A stretch of DNA of 38,305 nt, taken from positions 124,001 to 162,305 of the forward strand of contig NW_026250445.1 of assembly GCF_024521635.1 (NCBI RefSeq), given 5' to 3'. The notes beneath the pieces were generated by a model, which had not been told where the DNA came from, made no database searches, and saw only the letters and a program-made list of their open reading frames with translations. The first letter of the stretch is position 1. Every line of letters starts with the position of its first letter. The stretch comes from Tricharina praecox. Taxonomy: Eukaryota. A program made the translations under genes and the position numbers. Positions 1 to 10,418 of this stretch are shown piece after piece.

Positions 1-319
1 GTAGTCCAACGCTCAGAGTCAGAGTGGAGTTGGTGCTGGCCACTGACCAGCCAAAATAATCAACGACTCGGTGATACTGGACTTTGCACGGCTGGTTCAT
101 TTTTGTTGAGCTGTCCCGGAAATGGAAGATGAGGGCTTTTCAGCCTGTCATAACGAGGTCCGGGTGCGGTTTGTCAGGCCTTTGTATGGCGACTTACCGG
201 ACCGTAGATGGGACACAGCAGCTACCCCCGGACCCGTACAATCGTCAACTCGTTGTGCCGTATGCAGTCAGCATAACCATTGGGTCAGATTTGTACTCAT
301 TCCATAGTAGACATCAAAA

Positions 320-391
320 GCCCGAATGGTCTAGTGGTATGATTCCTGCTTTGGGTGCAGGAGGTCTCCGGTTCAAACCCGGATTCGGGCC
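320..391 (+). tRNA. tRNA-Pro(TGG), intronless, 72 nt
   Basis: Acceptor stem GCCCGAA/TTCGGGC; anticodon arm CCTGC-TTTGGGT-GCAGG with TGG at 352-354; T arm TCCGG-TTCAAAC-CCGGA; T-runs downstream serve as Pol III terminator. Confidence 0.96.
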
Positions 392-928
392 CTTGAAGTT
401 TTGTTTTGCTCTCAACTCTGTCCTTTCGCGTTCGTTGTTTTGCCTCCATGGATGGCCGGCCTGATTCGGTGAGTGGATGCGACTCAAATGGACTGACAAC
501 ACCTGTCCCGACTCCCACGCTGGGAAGGACAGCCGCACCCGGCCTTGGAATACCTATGAAATGTAATGGGCGATGGGATAGTTTTTGATGAGTTGTAGGG
601 CGGTTTTCATCCTTTGATGTTGGGCGGATTTATCGCGAGTCTCGTTAGACCGGCCCGGCAGCGAAACGTTGGTTGACATTTTGCCAATAGCTTAGCTACG
701 TTTCCTCACTGAGCGACGCACGAACCGATGATTGCCAGCCGGCAGGCTTCGATAAAGTCTGGCTGAAGTTTTAAAATTTCTCTTGAAAAGAGGGATGTAG
801 ATGTTATGAAAGCAGATCCCATCAGTTCATCTGACCGCGTCTGGGCAAAAGAGCTGAGAGCGGACTGATTGAAAGTATTCTGTTAGTGCAGTCCAGATGC
901 CAGAAAGCAAAAGACAAAAAATGAACAC

Positions 929-1009
929 CGACGTCGACAGGATTCGAACCTGCGCGGGCGAACCCAAGAGATTTCTAATCTCTCTCCTTAACCACTCGGA
1001 CACAACGCC
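929..1009 (-). tRNA. tRNA-Ser(AGA), copy 1
   Basis: Reverse complement is GGCGTTGTGTCCGAGTGGTTAAGGAGAGAGATTAGAAATCTCTTGGGTTCGCCCGCGCAGGTTCGAATCCTGTCGACGTCG. Anticodon arm AGAGA-TTAGAAA-TCTCT, long variable arm GGG-TTCG-CCC, discriminator G, T6 terminator downstream. Confidence 0.96.
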
Positions 1010-2331
1010 TTATTATGTAAACAGTGCTGGGTTACAAACATGGAGCGTTCATAACGGCACATGAGAAGAACCAAATTGTGCGGACGCTATGTGCGAGCTG
1101 TCGACATTCCTGTAGTTCGGGATGTATTAAACCCCATCCAACTCTCGCTGACAGGCGAGGATGAGTGGTCGGAGGGGATTAGTGCTTTTAGCGAATGACT
1201 ACGCCGCCTGAGGTCTCGGCCGAACACTCTTGTGAAGGTTCGGTACATCGACTAGGCGCCATATGGGAAGAACAGCGGTTGCCGTGGCCACCGCTAACCC
1301 GTCCATGCTGTGCCCGGGAATCTACCCGTCCAGCAAGTGCAAACCCAGATAGTCGGGAGTCCTGTCTCAGCTGGATGTCAATCCGCCTCAATGAACAATT
1401 GACTTTGTTCATTATTGAGTTCACAACGGTATTGTTTGAGCGCTCGAGCAGTTGCTGAAAAACGAGGGGGCTTCTGTGACCAGCAGCAGGTCGATGGTAG
1501 GAACCTGGGTTTGTCGATGTACGCAATGATCCCAAGTTCCTCTCGGTGGTGAAGGTATCATGAAGGCGAGATCAAAACTTAAGATTCCCGGCTGGGAATT
1601 TTGAGTTTCACGAAGACACGCTTCTAGACTGGTGACGGAGCAGGAGCCGGAGTGGCCCACGGCCGACTTTGATAAGAGTGGGTTGTAGTCAGGGGCGGAT
1701 AACGCGGATCACAGGTCACGACAGAAAGGATCAGTTAAGAAAGTAAGAACGAGTCGAGAGACCCAGCATTAGAAGAAGCACACTTGGAGAAAGCAAAGAA
1801 GAACTAGGCTCAAGAAAGCAAGCAGCAAAGAAATCAAGTGATGAATGAACAGCCGCCTGAAGAATAGTGATGATGGATGATGAACGATAGGTGATGAACG
1901 GCACACGGCCTTGAGATAAGTGCGGCCCCGTCGGATTAAATATAACAGGTCGGCCAACTTTGGCCGCCGCCTCATCGCCGTACAACCGTCAAGAAGAACA
2001 CGAGCGACCAAAACAAAACGGAAATGACGAGCAAAACAGACACAGGTCCCCCTCCCTCCTGCAGCCCCAGGTACGACAGCCGGTCCTAACGTCTTAACAA
2101 CAAATCCGCCCAAGGCCCGCAGCCAAAGGTCGAAAAATGGTGCCAAGACGTCAGTTCCAGCTGCGTCCCACACTGGTCGGCTATGGTTGACTTTAATTGT
2201 ATCAATGAATGACTTTGGTCCGAGCGGCCAGCACCTTATGCCCCCGCTTTGCTTCGAGCCCACCACCATAATCTTTCCTCCCCAGAGAACCCCGCACCCA
2301 TCGACCTTCGAAAGTTCCGGTGCTAAAGATC

Positions 2332-4370
2332 ATGTCGAGCTCTTTACTGAGCTTTCAAAGCTGCAAAGATTCGTGGCAAAGCTACACTGCGGATGAAAGG
2401 GTATCACAGCCCCTCCCAAACCGTACTGATGTATAATGTGGGAAGAGCTGACTCCCGCAGACAAATGTGATCCTCTATGTTTTGGGCATGATGCTCTACA
2501 AGATCGGCTTCGAATCGTTCGTTGGCTCCATAACGTTTGTATTCGTCCATGGCCTTGCTATTCCGTACACCGACTAATCTTGAGCAAAATCAGGAACTTA
2601 GCACTAGAGCTGTGGGGTGGCGATGAGCGCTACGGGAAACTTGGGTGTCTTCACGGAATGAACCTTTTATTCCAGGTACGCCGACTTCTCGGCAGCTGAT
2701 AGCGACATCTTTCTGACAAACTGGTGTCCGCAGTGTATAGGTAGCATTGTATCAGCGCAAGTGCTGCGCAGACTTGCTGGTCGACAAGTGCTGGTACTTG
2801 CGGTTCTAACCTTCGCCACCATTCCGTCGTTTCTCATGATACTCGACAAGTGCGCCGGTGGAGACCCCAAGAAATCGGGAGCTGCGGAGGAGATCCATGG
2901 TCGGTGGGATACGCATATGCTTTTCCCTCTATACTGCATCTGTGGAGTGTGTTATGGAATGATTGAGTTGGTGAAGCGAGTGATCCCGAGAGATATCGTA
3001 GGTGGGGATGTGGATAAGCTTCGGCAGATTGATTCCCTGGTCTGTTGGTGGCGTTTGGATACTTGTGGGATTGTTGGTACTGATGGAGAGAAGGTGCATA
3101 TTTTTTACGAAGCATCGGGGACAGGCGCGGCATTTTTCTCTTCCTATCTTCTCATGCGGCTGGGCAGTAACTACGGCATGATCTTGACACCAATATGCTT
3201 CCTCATCGCAGCAGCGCTCTGGTGGAAGATTGGTACTCTTGGATTTATCCGCGATCCAGACCTACAAGGAGTCTCGTTCCTCCAAAGCATCAAAAATGGC
3301 AATTACACTGTCCTCCCCAACTCACTTCTCAGCTAACCGCCACAGCTTTTCTTGACTTTGGCCGCTCCATCGTTCTCGGCGCACGCATAATCTTCTCCCG
3401 ACGCCAGTTCGCCTGGCTACCGCTCGGTTACTCCTTGGCCCTTTATTCGCACCGCTACCTGGAGAACGGCCTCATCCCAGTGCTGGCACAGGGCTACTTT
3501 CACCAGCCGTCGTATACGCAGATATTGGTTGGCGGTTCCAACCTGGGCGAGACTTTGGGAGCACTGCTGGTTTTTCTGACGGGAAATTTATTGCCTACAC
3601 CGATGCCGTGGTTGAGGGCAGATGCGTTGATGATGGGGCTGGTGTGGATACTCCCGTTCTACAAACCACATCTAAACGTAAAAATCCCTACTGCACCTAA
3701 CATAGCTGCTGCTCACAGTATATAGTCAGATAGAACAACGAGTTCCAGTAATGTATGGCAGGTATGAATCTCAGCCCTCTGTTTCTTGGCGCAAGGATCT
3801 TTGAATAATTTGACATCTAGTGCGCTTGCATCTTCATCCCCCTCTCCCTCGGCTGGGCGGCCGGCGACGTCTCGCTGGTAGCCTACATTCAAGCTTCCGT
3901 TCCAGAGGACGAACCCCATGCGCGCATATCCTCACTAGCTGCGGCTATGTCCTGTACTTCCCCGCCCGCCATTCCCCCCAGTCCCTCGATCTCCACTGAT
4001 ACAACCAGTCCTCTACTCCATCTATATCGTTATCTTCGCCGTGATGACCCCGGCACTCGGAAAATACGCAGACGACAGCAGTGACGACAGCGCTCACGAT
4101 ACTATTCTGCATCTAGGCGGAGTGCAGTACTCAGTAATTGCTCTAGTGTTATTGGCTAGTACAGTTGTTCCTCGAGGATCGTGGAGCCTTAACCCTAAGT
4201 TGCCGAAGGAGAAGAGGCGTGTGGAGAAGGACAAGGAGATCGGAGAGGAAGAGGATAATTTTGAGATGCAAGTGATGACCAAGAAGGAGGAGGTTGTGGC
4301 GAGTAGCGTTTTGTGCGAGGATGGAGTCCAGCAGACAGGCGCCGCAGCGCCGGATACATTATTACTATAG
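2332..4370 (+). CDS. Uncharacterised fungal MFS-like multi-pass membrane protein, ~532 aa, 9 exons
   Basis: Hand model of exons: 2332-2400, 2461-2534, 2594-2675, 2734-3039, 3094-3298, 3346-3677, 3726-3761, 3821-3953, 4009-4370 (1599 nt, no internal stop, phases consistent). Introns are 47-60 nt, mostly with CTRAY-like branch sites; intron 5 has a GC donor. The protein has many hydrophobic helices and motifs I recall from a conserved fungal MFS-like family (ILYVLGMMLYKIGFE, RVIPRDIVGGDVDKL..VHIFYE, YSHRYLENG, GWAAGDVSL). Confidence 0.85.
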
Positions 4371-5749
4371 ACGGTGTATGTTCAGATGAGGAATAATAGG
4401 AACTACTAGAGAAGCTTCTAGTACCTATAGTCCCGAGATCCGAATGAAAGTATTAGACTTCTAGCCAACGACGTAGAACTTATTCCCAAATAACAGGGCG
4501 GACAATAAATCTGTTCATGCTTGAATATTGCACGTTTTGTCACTCGGCCCGAACATCGGACATCCGTAAGAATCTGCTGTATGCAAAATAAATTGATAAC
4601 CCTCCCAAGCTATTGACCGCCCCGTCCAGAATCCAGTTTCGTCGGTGTTTGCCGGTCATGACTCTTCTCAGTTTCAAGCTCCAGTCCGACGTCGTTGACA
4701 GCTGTCCTGTCCGACGACGAGAGTTACCCAGACAGGCTGTTGATTCTTCCCACGTCCTCTGTGTTTATCTCCGAATTCTAGTATTTATAGGGAGTATTTC
4801 CCCCAGAACTTATCTGGACTCTGTGCTTTCGATTCTCAAATTGGTTCGACGTCGATTTTTGCTCAGTAGAGTATGAACAGGCCGCGTATCGATGTCGCAG
4901 CAGGATTCGTGCACCAGAGACTCAAGTGAACTCCCTCTTCGAACAAAGACGAAGTGGGATGAGTACATAAGGTGACCGAGTGAGCAGCTGCACCTCCAGC
5001 CACTAGCTATCACCACCCATCACCACCCATCATCACCCATCATCAGCCGGCGATGTTGCCTATTGTCAGTGAATAAAACTATTAGAACACTTGACAGACT
5101 CTCTAGTCACAGATAGTGATTTCCATATTCACAACCTCACAATAACCATACATTGTGAGCAGTCACTCCAGCCGACGGGTAGGGTATGGCCACGTGTGAG
5201 TACGCTAAGGGTACGCTAGCGCCGATCCAATGCTCTTGGAATGTTTCCACCTATATATTCACCGGTTCGCACTGTGGGCCATATCTTGTCTTGTCGTCTC
5301 GATAGCATGTTCTGATCCTCGGCCGTGGACCTTTGAGAGACTTGTTGCTAAGATGCTGGAGCTGGGGTATGTGTTGGGCGCGACCGGGGTAGACTGGCTG
5401 GTTTTGTTCGTGCATTTCGGTTTTGTTTTGATCGTTCTTGTCGGTTTGAGCGGTGTTGTGTCGGTGGAAAGTGCCAGCGCCGCCGTCTCTGGTGTAGAAG
5501 GTGTCCGCTGCTCTAGCTTCACCTCGCACTATTTAAGAGGGGGGTGGTCCGCACTTTGTTTCCCTTTTTCTTTCTTTTCTTTCCTTGCCCTCAGCATGAC
5601 TCTACTTCCCACTTCTCTTCAACACACAACACACATCATCTTTCCAGCCAGCAATGGCCCATCTTCTCACTTATCCGCGACTTCGATTCGCATTTTCTTC
5701 TTCCGGTCGGAGGACCCCACGAGGCGTGTCCTGCAGGGCAAAGGTGAAT

Positions 5750-6555
5750 GGATCTGTGGCTTCTACTTTACCACAGCCGACAAGGAAGTGAAGCTGTGGA
5801 AAAGATGGCACCAGACTTTTACGTGTACATACAGACGGTAACAGGATGGCGCAGCATCAGCATACCACACCTTGTTAGCGGGGGTATACTCGCGGATGAT
5901 ATGGTTTGTGCTCGGTCCCCCGCCCGCCGTCGACCATGGGAATGCTGCGGCGTCGATGCCTACAGGTACAATGCGCCCGGGACTAAGGAGAAGGTATCGA
6001 CCGACAACCTGACACTGATCGTTGCTCCGGTGTCGATGATGTTCAACTGGACTGATCAGGTACGTACAACTCTTCTGGGCGATGCCTGTGATGGGGTGCG
6101 GGAGCACGGCTGATGGTTGTCTTCTAGATCGCGCAGCATGTCTCCAAGGAGAACCCGTTGAAGGTTGCGGTCTACTATGGGCCACGGAGACACTCCATAA
6201 TTTTCGCCAACTACGATGTGGTGGTGAATAGTTACTCCACTCTGGCGGCTGATTTCGCTGCTCCAGGAAACAGACAGTATGTCCCCTCCCCAACCGACCC
6301 CCTCCCCCGTTTCATGAATTCCGCTGAACACTATGACCTTAGGACCTTCGAAGGGAGCTGGCACCGCCTAGTCCTGGATGAGGCCCACATCATCCGGAGC
6401 ATTGAGCGCATGAACTACAAGGCCGTCGACGCCGTAAAGGCACATTCACGCTGGGCCCTGACGGGTACGCCTGTCGGCAAAGGCCTTATGGATCTGTGGC
6501 TGCTGATCTGTCTCCTACAGACGAAGGACTCATTGGAACATCGGGACACGTTCCG
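5750..6555 (+). pseudogene. Truncated, frameshifted HLTF/Rad5-like SNF2 ATPase N-terminal lobe
   Basis: Motifs present: GGILADDM (~5880-5902), TLIVAPVS..NW..Q, YDVVVNSYSTL, WHRLVLDEAHIIR (Walker B), RWALTGTP (motif III). A GTACGT...TAG intron is retained at 6060-6127. The Walker A GLGKT is missing after DDM, frame changes occur near 5770-5810, and no RING or C-terminal helicase lobe follows. Confidence 0.8.
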
Positions 6556-6700
6556 TGGAGATGGAGGAGGACTGGAGATGGAGGAGGACTGGAGATGGAG
6601 GAGGACTGGAGATGGAGGAGGACTGGAGATGGAGGAGGACTGGAGATGGAGGAGGACTGGAGATGGAGGAGGACTGGAGATGGAGGAGGACTGGAGATGG
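6556..6700 (+). repeat. 17-bp minisatellite (TGGAGATGGAGGAGGAC)x8.5
   Basis: Eight perfect units start at 6556, 6573, ... 6675, followed by a 9-nt partial unit. Confidence 0.97.
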
Positions 6701-6760
6701 GCAGAGGTGGAAAGCGCAGGAGAACTGGAGATGGTTCGAATGATTGCGGATGATTATATG

Positions 6761-6850
6761 TACTTGAGGCGATTTACCGCCGTGGATGACGAATGCCATT
6801 ACAATTACTTGAGGCTATGCACCGCCATTAATGATGAATGCTATTCTATG
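6761..6850 (+). repeat. Diverged 45-bp tandem duplication
   Basis: TACTTGAGGCGATTTACCGCCGTGGATGACGAATGCCATTACAAT followed by TACTTGAGGCTATGCACCGCCATTAATGATGAATGCTATTCTATG. Confidence 0.8.
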
Positions 6851-7774
6851 ATGTATGATGTATGAGTGAGTATCCATCGTAGTTTCGTAGAACCGCGTAC
6901 CGAACCGCCACAATACCTACTATACACACCCACATACATTCATAGTGACAGCCACCCGGCCGCGACACCGACCGTTTCGTTTCGTTTCCAGTCCGCTTCT
7001 CCCAGGTCCCCTGCCTTCTCTCCCTAGCCTTCCCTCCCTCTCCCTTGTGTCGTCTGCCGCCACCATGAGAGGAACACATGTGGGATAGATGCAGGATCTG
7101 ATAAGATAGGAGGAGGAGAGGCAAGCCGGGTCGAGTGACACCGAACGTGTAGAGTAGGCAGCGGAGGAGAGCCATGTCATATCAGATGGCTCTTCGAAGT
7201 TGAATACAACCTCCACTTCCTCATAGTCTTTCATCTTTCATTTCCGCCGTCTTCCTTCCAGGCTTCCAGGATTCCGCCACCTTACCTACACTTCCCATCC
7301 ACTGCTCCAAGCGCGCGCCTGCCACCATTGCACCGCCGCACCGCCGCACCCATCATTCTGTATTCCACATTTCGGCGGGGGAACCAATCCTATTATTCCT
7401 TATACTGCATCTACCGTACATAGAGGCATCCAATCATCAATGAAACGGAAGGGGAAGCGGAAGTTTGGCGTACCTATCAAGAAGTTTGAGCCCAGGGCTG
7501 TAACTAATCCGAGACGAACTCTGCAGGACGCTTACGTACTCGGAGCCGTGCACTTTAACCGCAGCCTCACGTCACAACCCCACACTCCCGCACATCGCCT
7601 GCTAGCTCACTCCACAGCTCCATTCGAATCGCCCCTCCTTCCCCACACCACTACCACCCCAACTCAATCCACCATTCGCACTTACCCAGCCTTTACATAC
7701 AACTCCGCCGATCACCCGCAATGACGGTCTACCGCTGCAGCACATCCTCCTTCGCGTCGGCAGAATCGCCCGCC

Positions 7775-8393
7775 ATGGAGCTCTACTACGCCTTCCTCCT
7801 CGGCGCTCTAGCAGTATTGGTTGTTCAGGGGCTCTCATTTTACGTCCGCAAGAGCTCGCCGGGAACAGTAACGCTTTACATGCCGCCCTTTAGAGCTCCG
7901 ACCGAGCTCCGTCTAGCTCCTGTACCCTCACACTACTCACCGCTTCCAACTGCTTATGCTGACCCGGCGTCAGGACTTCACAACCACCTTTACCACCCTC
8001 CTCCCTTCCACGAGCACCGAGGAAACCCACGCAACCGGAACCGACTGGGTTCTCTACGACCTGCAACGACAACGAATCATCCACGGCGTCGTCGCAAACG
8101 AGTACGTGAATCCTGGCGGGTCGTATCTCGTCGTTTCACGGCGCGGCGCAGAGCGGGGGAGCTTGGAGGACATGCTTCGTCAGTGGGTCGATGGCGACAG
8201 GCATGTTTATGAAAGACATCGAGAGCAAAGGAGCAGTACCAGTGCTGGCTCGGTGGAGAGCTGGGTTAGGAACGCCGGGGCGGCAAGGGGTGGCACTTTG
8301 ACACCGACTAGTAGTCATGGCACCTTTACGGCAATGGAGGGCGAGAGGAGAAGGAGGAATAGTGCTGTCAGTGGAGGGGGGCTGCGGAACTAA
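7775..8393 (+). CDS. Hypothetical single-pass membrane / signal-anchor protein, ~188 aa, 2 exons
   Basis: ATG in strong context (CGCCATGG) and hydrophobic N-terminus MELYYAFLLGALAVLVVQGLSFY. A phase-0 intron at 7922-7973 (GTACCC...GCTGAC...TCAG) joins the 7721 and 7956 ORFs. An in-frame upstream ATG at 7721 is an alternative start. Confidence 0.6.
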
Positions 8394-8528
8394 GTGCTCT
8401 TGATCAATGGCACGATGGATGCGACTGATGCGTGGGATCTAGGGCAAGAACTCCTCCCGTGTGAGGTGCGCGGGAGATCCATTACTAACTAATATCAAGA
8501 CAGCCAGAGACAGGATCTCCCAACAAGA

Positions 8529-8609
8529 GGCGTTGTGTCCGAGTGGTTAAGGAGAGAGATTAGAAATCTCTTGGGTTCGCCCGCGCAGGTTCGAATCCTG
8601 TCGACGTCG
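8529..8609 (+). tRNA. tRNA-Ser(AGA), copy 2
   Basis: 81 nt identical to copy 1; followed by TTTT and TTTTT. Confidence 0.96.
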
Positions 8610-9280
8610 CTATTCGTTTTGCTTTTTGCTCCTATGGGCAGTAAAACATGGTAGAGAGCTAGCGGGCTGCTTCGAGAGATCATTTTTGTGTATACAGGCA
8701 GCTTGAAGAATGATGGGCCTTCGGGTCGTGTGATGGAGGATATTCCTACAGAGACATGAGCAACTTCTAGTGATAGCCGATCGCTGCTTGCTGTCCGTTC
8801 ATAAGCGTTGGGCAAATCTGGACATTATACTAACGGAAGATCGAGCGGGCTTTTCGCCTGTCTGCGACGGCGGACCTAAACCCCCAGCGGTTGTTGATTG
8901 TTTGTCCGCCCAGGCACGGGGGGTTTGGGATCCAATGGCTCTTTACAGGGCAGAGATTCTTTGTGGCTACATAAGATTCCTCCGACCGATACGGCACACA
9001 GTGGAGACGTTGGGATGTCCGTCGTTACTTATCCACCAGCGTCGGGATCGGGAATCCACTAGTCCAGGCCCCGGCGGCTTCTGAATCCGATATCCTGCAG
9101 TCCGCAGACCAGAGCGCAGGATTGATTCCGGGACGGGCGAGAACGGATTACTGATACATAGCGCGGCGCATCCCCGATCTGAAGAGAAAAATCCAAGGAT
9201 CTTCTCTCGCCTTCTTCTCAATGCCGCTAGAACTACTTAGCTACTCCATATGGACTCTCTGGGACAGTCCAGAACAACAA

Positions 9281-9361
9281 GGCGTTGTGTCCGAGTGGTT
9301 AAGGAGAGAGATTAGAAATCTCTTGGGTTCGCCCGCGCAGGTTCGAATCCTGTCGACGTCG
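9281..9361 (+). tRNA. tRNA-Ser(AGA), copy 3
   Basis: 81 nt identical to the other copies; followed by TTTT. Confidence 0.96.
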
Positions 9362-10020
9362 CTACTCCTTTTGCTTCCTGCTTCATAGGTGGGATTTTTG
9401 CTTTTGCCGTTGGATCTCCGCTAGAACCATTCGCTACACTGGTCGTGTGTGCGGGGTCGGGGTCGGGTTTGGGTGGGGACGCCAAAAGCCGGAGTGGATT
9501 TGATGACTCCAAGTTTGAGCCGATTTTTTGGAAACATAACTCTAGTAATCTGTAGGAGCTTCCATTCCGCTCGCTACGCTGCCTAATGGACTCCGATTTT
9601 CGATATTCCTTCCGGTGATGGGGAAAAGACACGGGGTTTTGGAAGGAACGCCGCTTGTATGGTCGAAATCGCAGAAACCACCCATCACTCATTTTGCAAG
9701 GGTTTACCATTGTATGTGTTACTAAGCAGAAATGAGTGGCGTCCGTGGAAACTCAAAGAAAATATTTTTAAAACAAAGTTGATGTTTTGGCAGCAGAGAC
9801 TGGAGCTTGACTGCTTGACTGCTTGACTGTCGAGAATGGTCAGTGAGGTTGTTGAGAGCCATTCGGCACCGGATCCTCATGCTGATGGCTGTTTCAAAAT
9901 TCAAACCTCAGGGTGAGCCGGACTGTACCCCCGCCAGTAAGAAGTCGTCCACATTTCCTTCACAGCGTTTCCTGATGAGGGTTGACTGTGTTGTGGTGTA
10001 GCCTGTTCGCGCGATAGCTA

Positions 10021-10176
10021 GAATAGTTTGACTGTCATGTTTGATCGGATATGTGCTGGAAAGATTGGAACTTTTTTCACTGCTGGACTGCAGTCCAATC
10101 CGACGGACGGAACGTCTTGCTTTTATTCCGCACTCCAAAAGGACCGTCCAGTCCGTACGGACTATGTAGCACACTA
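10021..10176 (+). mobile_element. Right-end fragment of a hAT-like non-autonomous element (same family as 37898-38305)
   Basis: 10051-10098 (GTGCTGGAAAGATTGGAACTTTTTTCACTGCTGGACTGCAGTCCAA) aligns to 38231-38290. The terminus GGACTATGTAGCACACTA reverse-complements to TAGTGTGCTACATAGTCC, 15/18 identical to CAGTGTTCTCCATAGTCC at 37898. No left end or TSD found. Confidence 0.65.
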
Positions 10177-10337
10177 CGCATATCGGAGTTTACCGCCGAC
10201 GGAAGAGTGAGGCAAGCGAGCGAGCGAGCGAGCGAAACGGCGATCGTGGATTCATGGTGGAGTAGGTCTGGTTCTTCTCTCGTGCCGCCAAGGCCAAAAA
10301 CTCGATACAAGCCGTCCGAGACATTCTACAACAACAA

Positions 10338-10418
10338 GGCGTTGTGTCCGAGTGGTTAAGGAGAGAGATTAGAAATCTCTTGGGTTCGCCCGCGCAGGTT
10401 CGAATCCTGTCGACGTCG
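10338..10418 (+). tRNA. tRNA-Ser(AGA), copy 4
   Basis: 81 nt identical to the other copies; followed by TTTT runs. Confidence 0.96.

Noticed and set aside
490..505. GGACTGACAACACCTG resembling the hAT-like terminus near tRNA-Pro
   Set aside because: Match is too short and gapped, with no partner end or TSD.
1188..2269. Short ORFs, a TATA-like element and repeated GTGATGA (C-box-like) words
   Set aside because: No coherent gene model, and no convincing C/D snoRNA terminal stem or guide could be built.
2436..2699. ORF MWEELTPAD... suggesting a frameshifted MFS start
   Set aside because: An intron at 2401-2460 (GTATCA...GCTGAC...CGCAG) gives an intact frame from ATG 2332, so no frameshift is needed.
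5748..6501. 14-bp direct repeat ATGGATCTGTGGCT at 5748 and 6488 around the SNF2 fragment
   Set aside because: SNF2-like sequence continues past the second copy, and one 14-mer match is plausible by chance; not a convincing TSD.
6556..6700. Regular repeat array as a possible CRISPR
   Set aside because: Head-to-tail units with no spacers, no cas genes, eukaryotic context.
6920..7234. 104-aa minus-strand ORF
   Set aside because: No motifs or splice model; possibly debris, but unsupported.
8760..9790. GGATT/AATCC- and GGAGT/ACTCC-rich spacers between tRNA-Ser copies, possibly MITE remnants
   Set aside because: No paired TIRs or TSDs could be defined.
9973..10020. CTGATGAG hammerhead-like core
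   Set aside because: No stem II followed by GAAA, and no cleavage-site helix.
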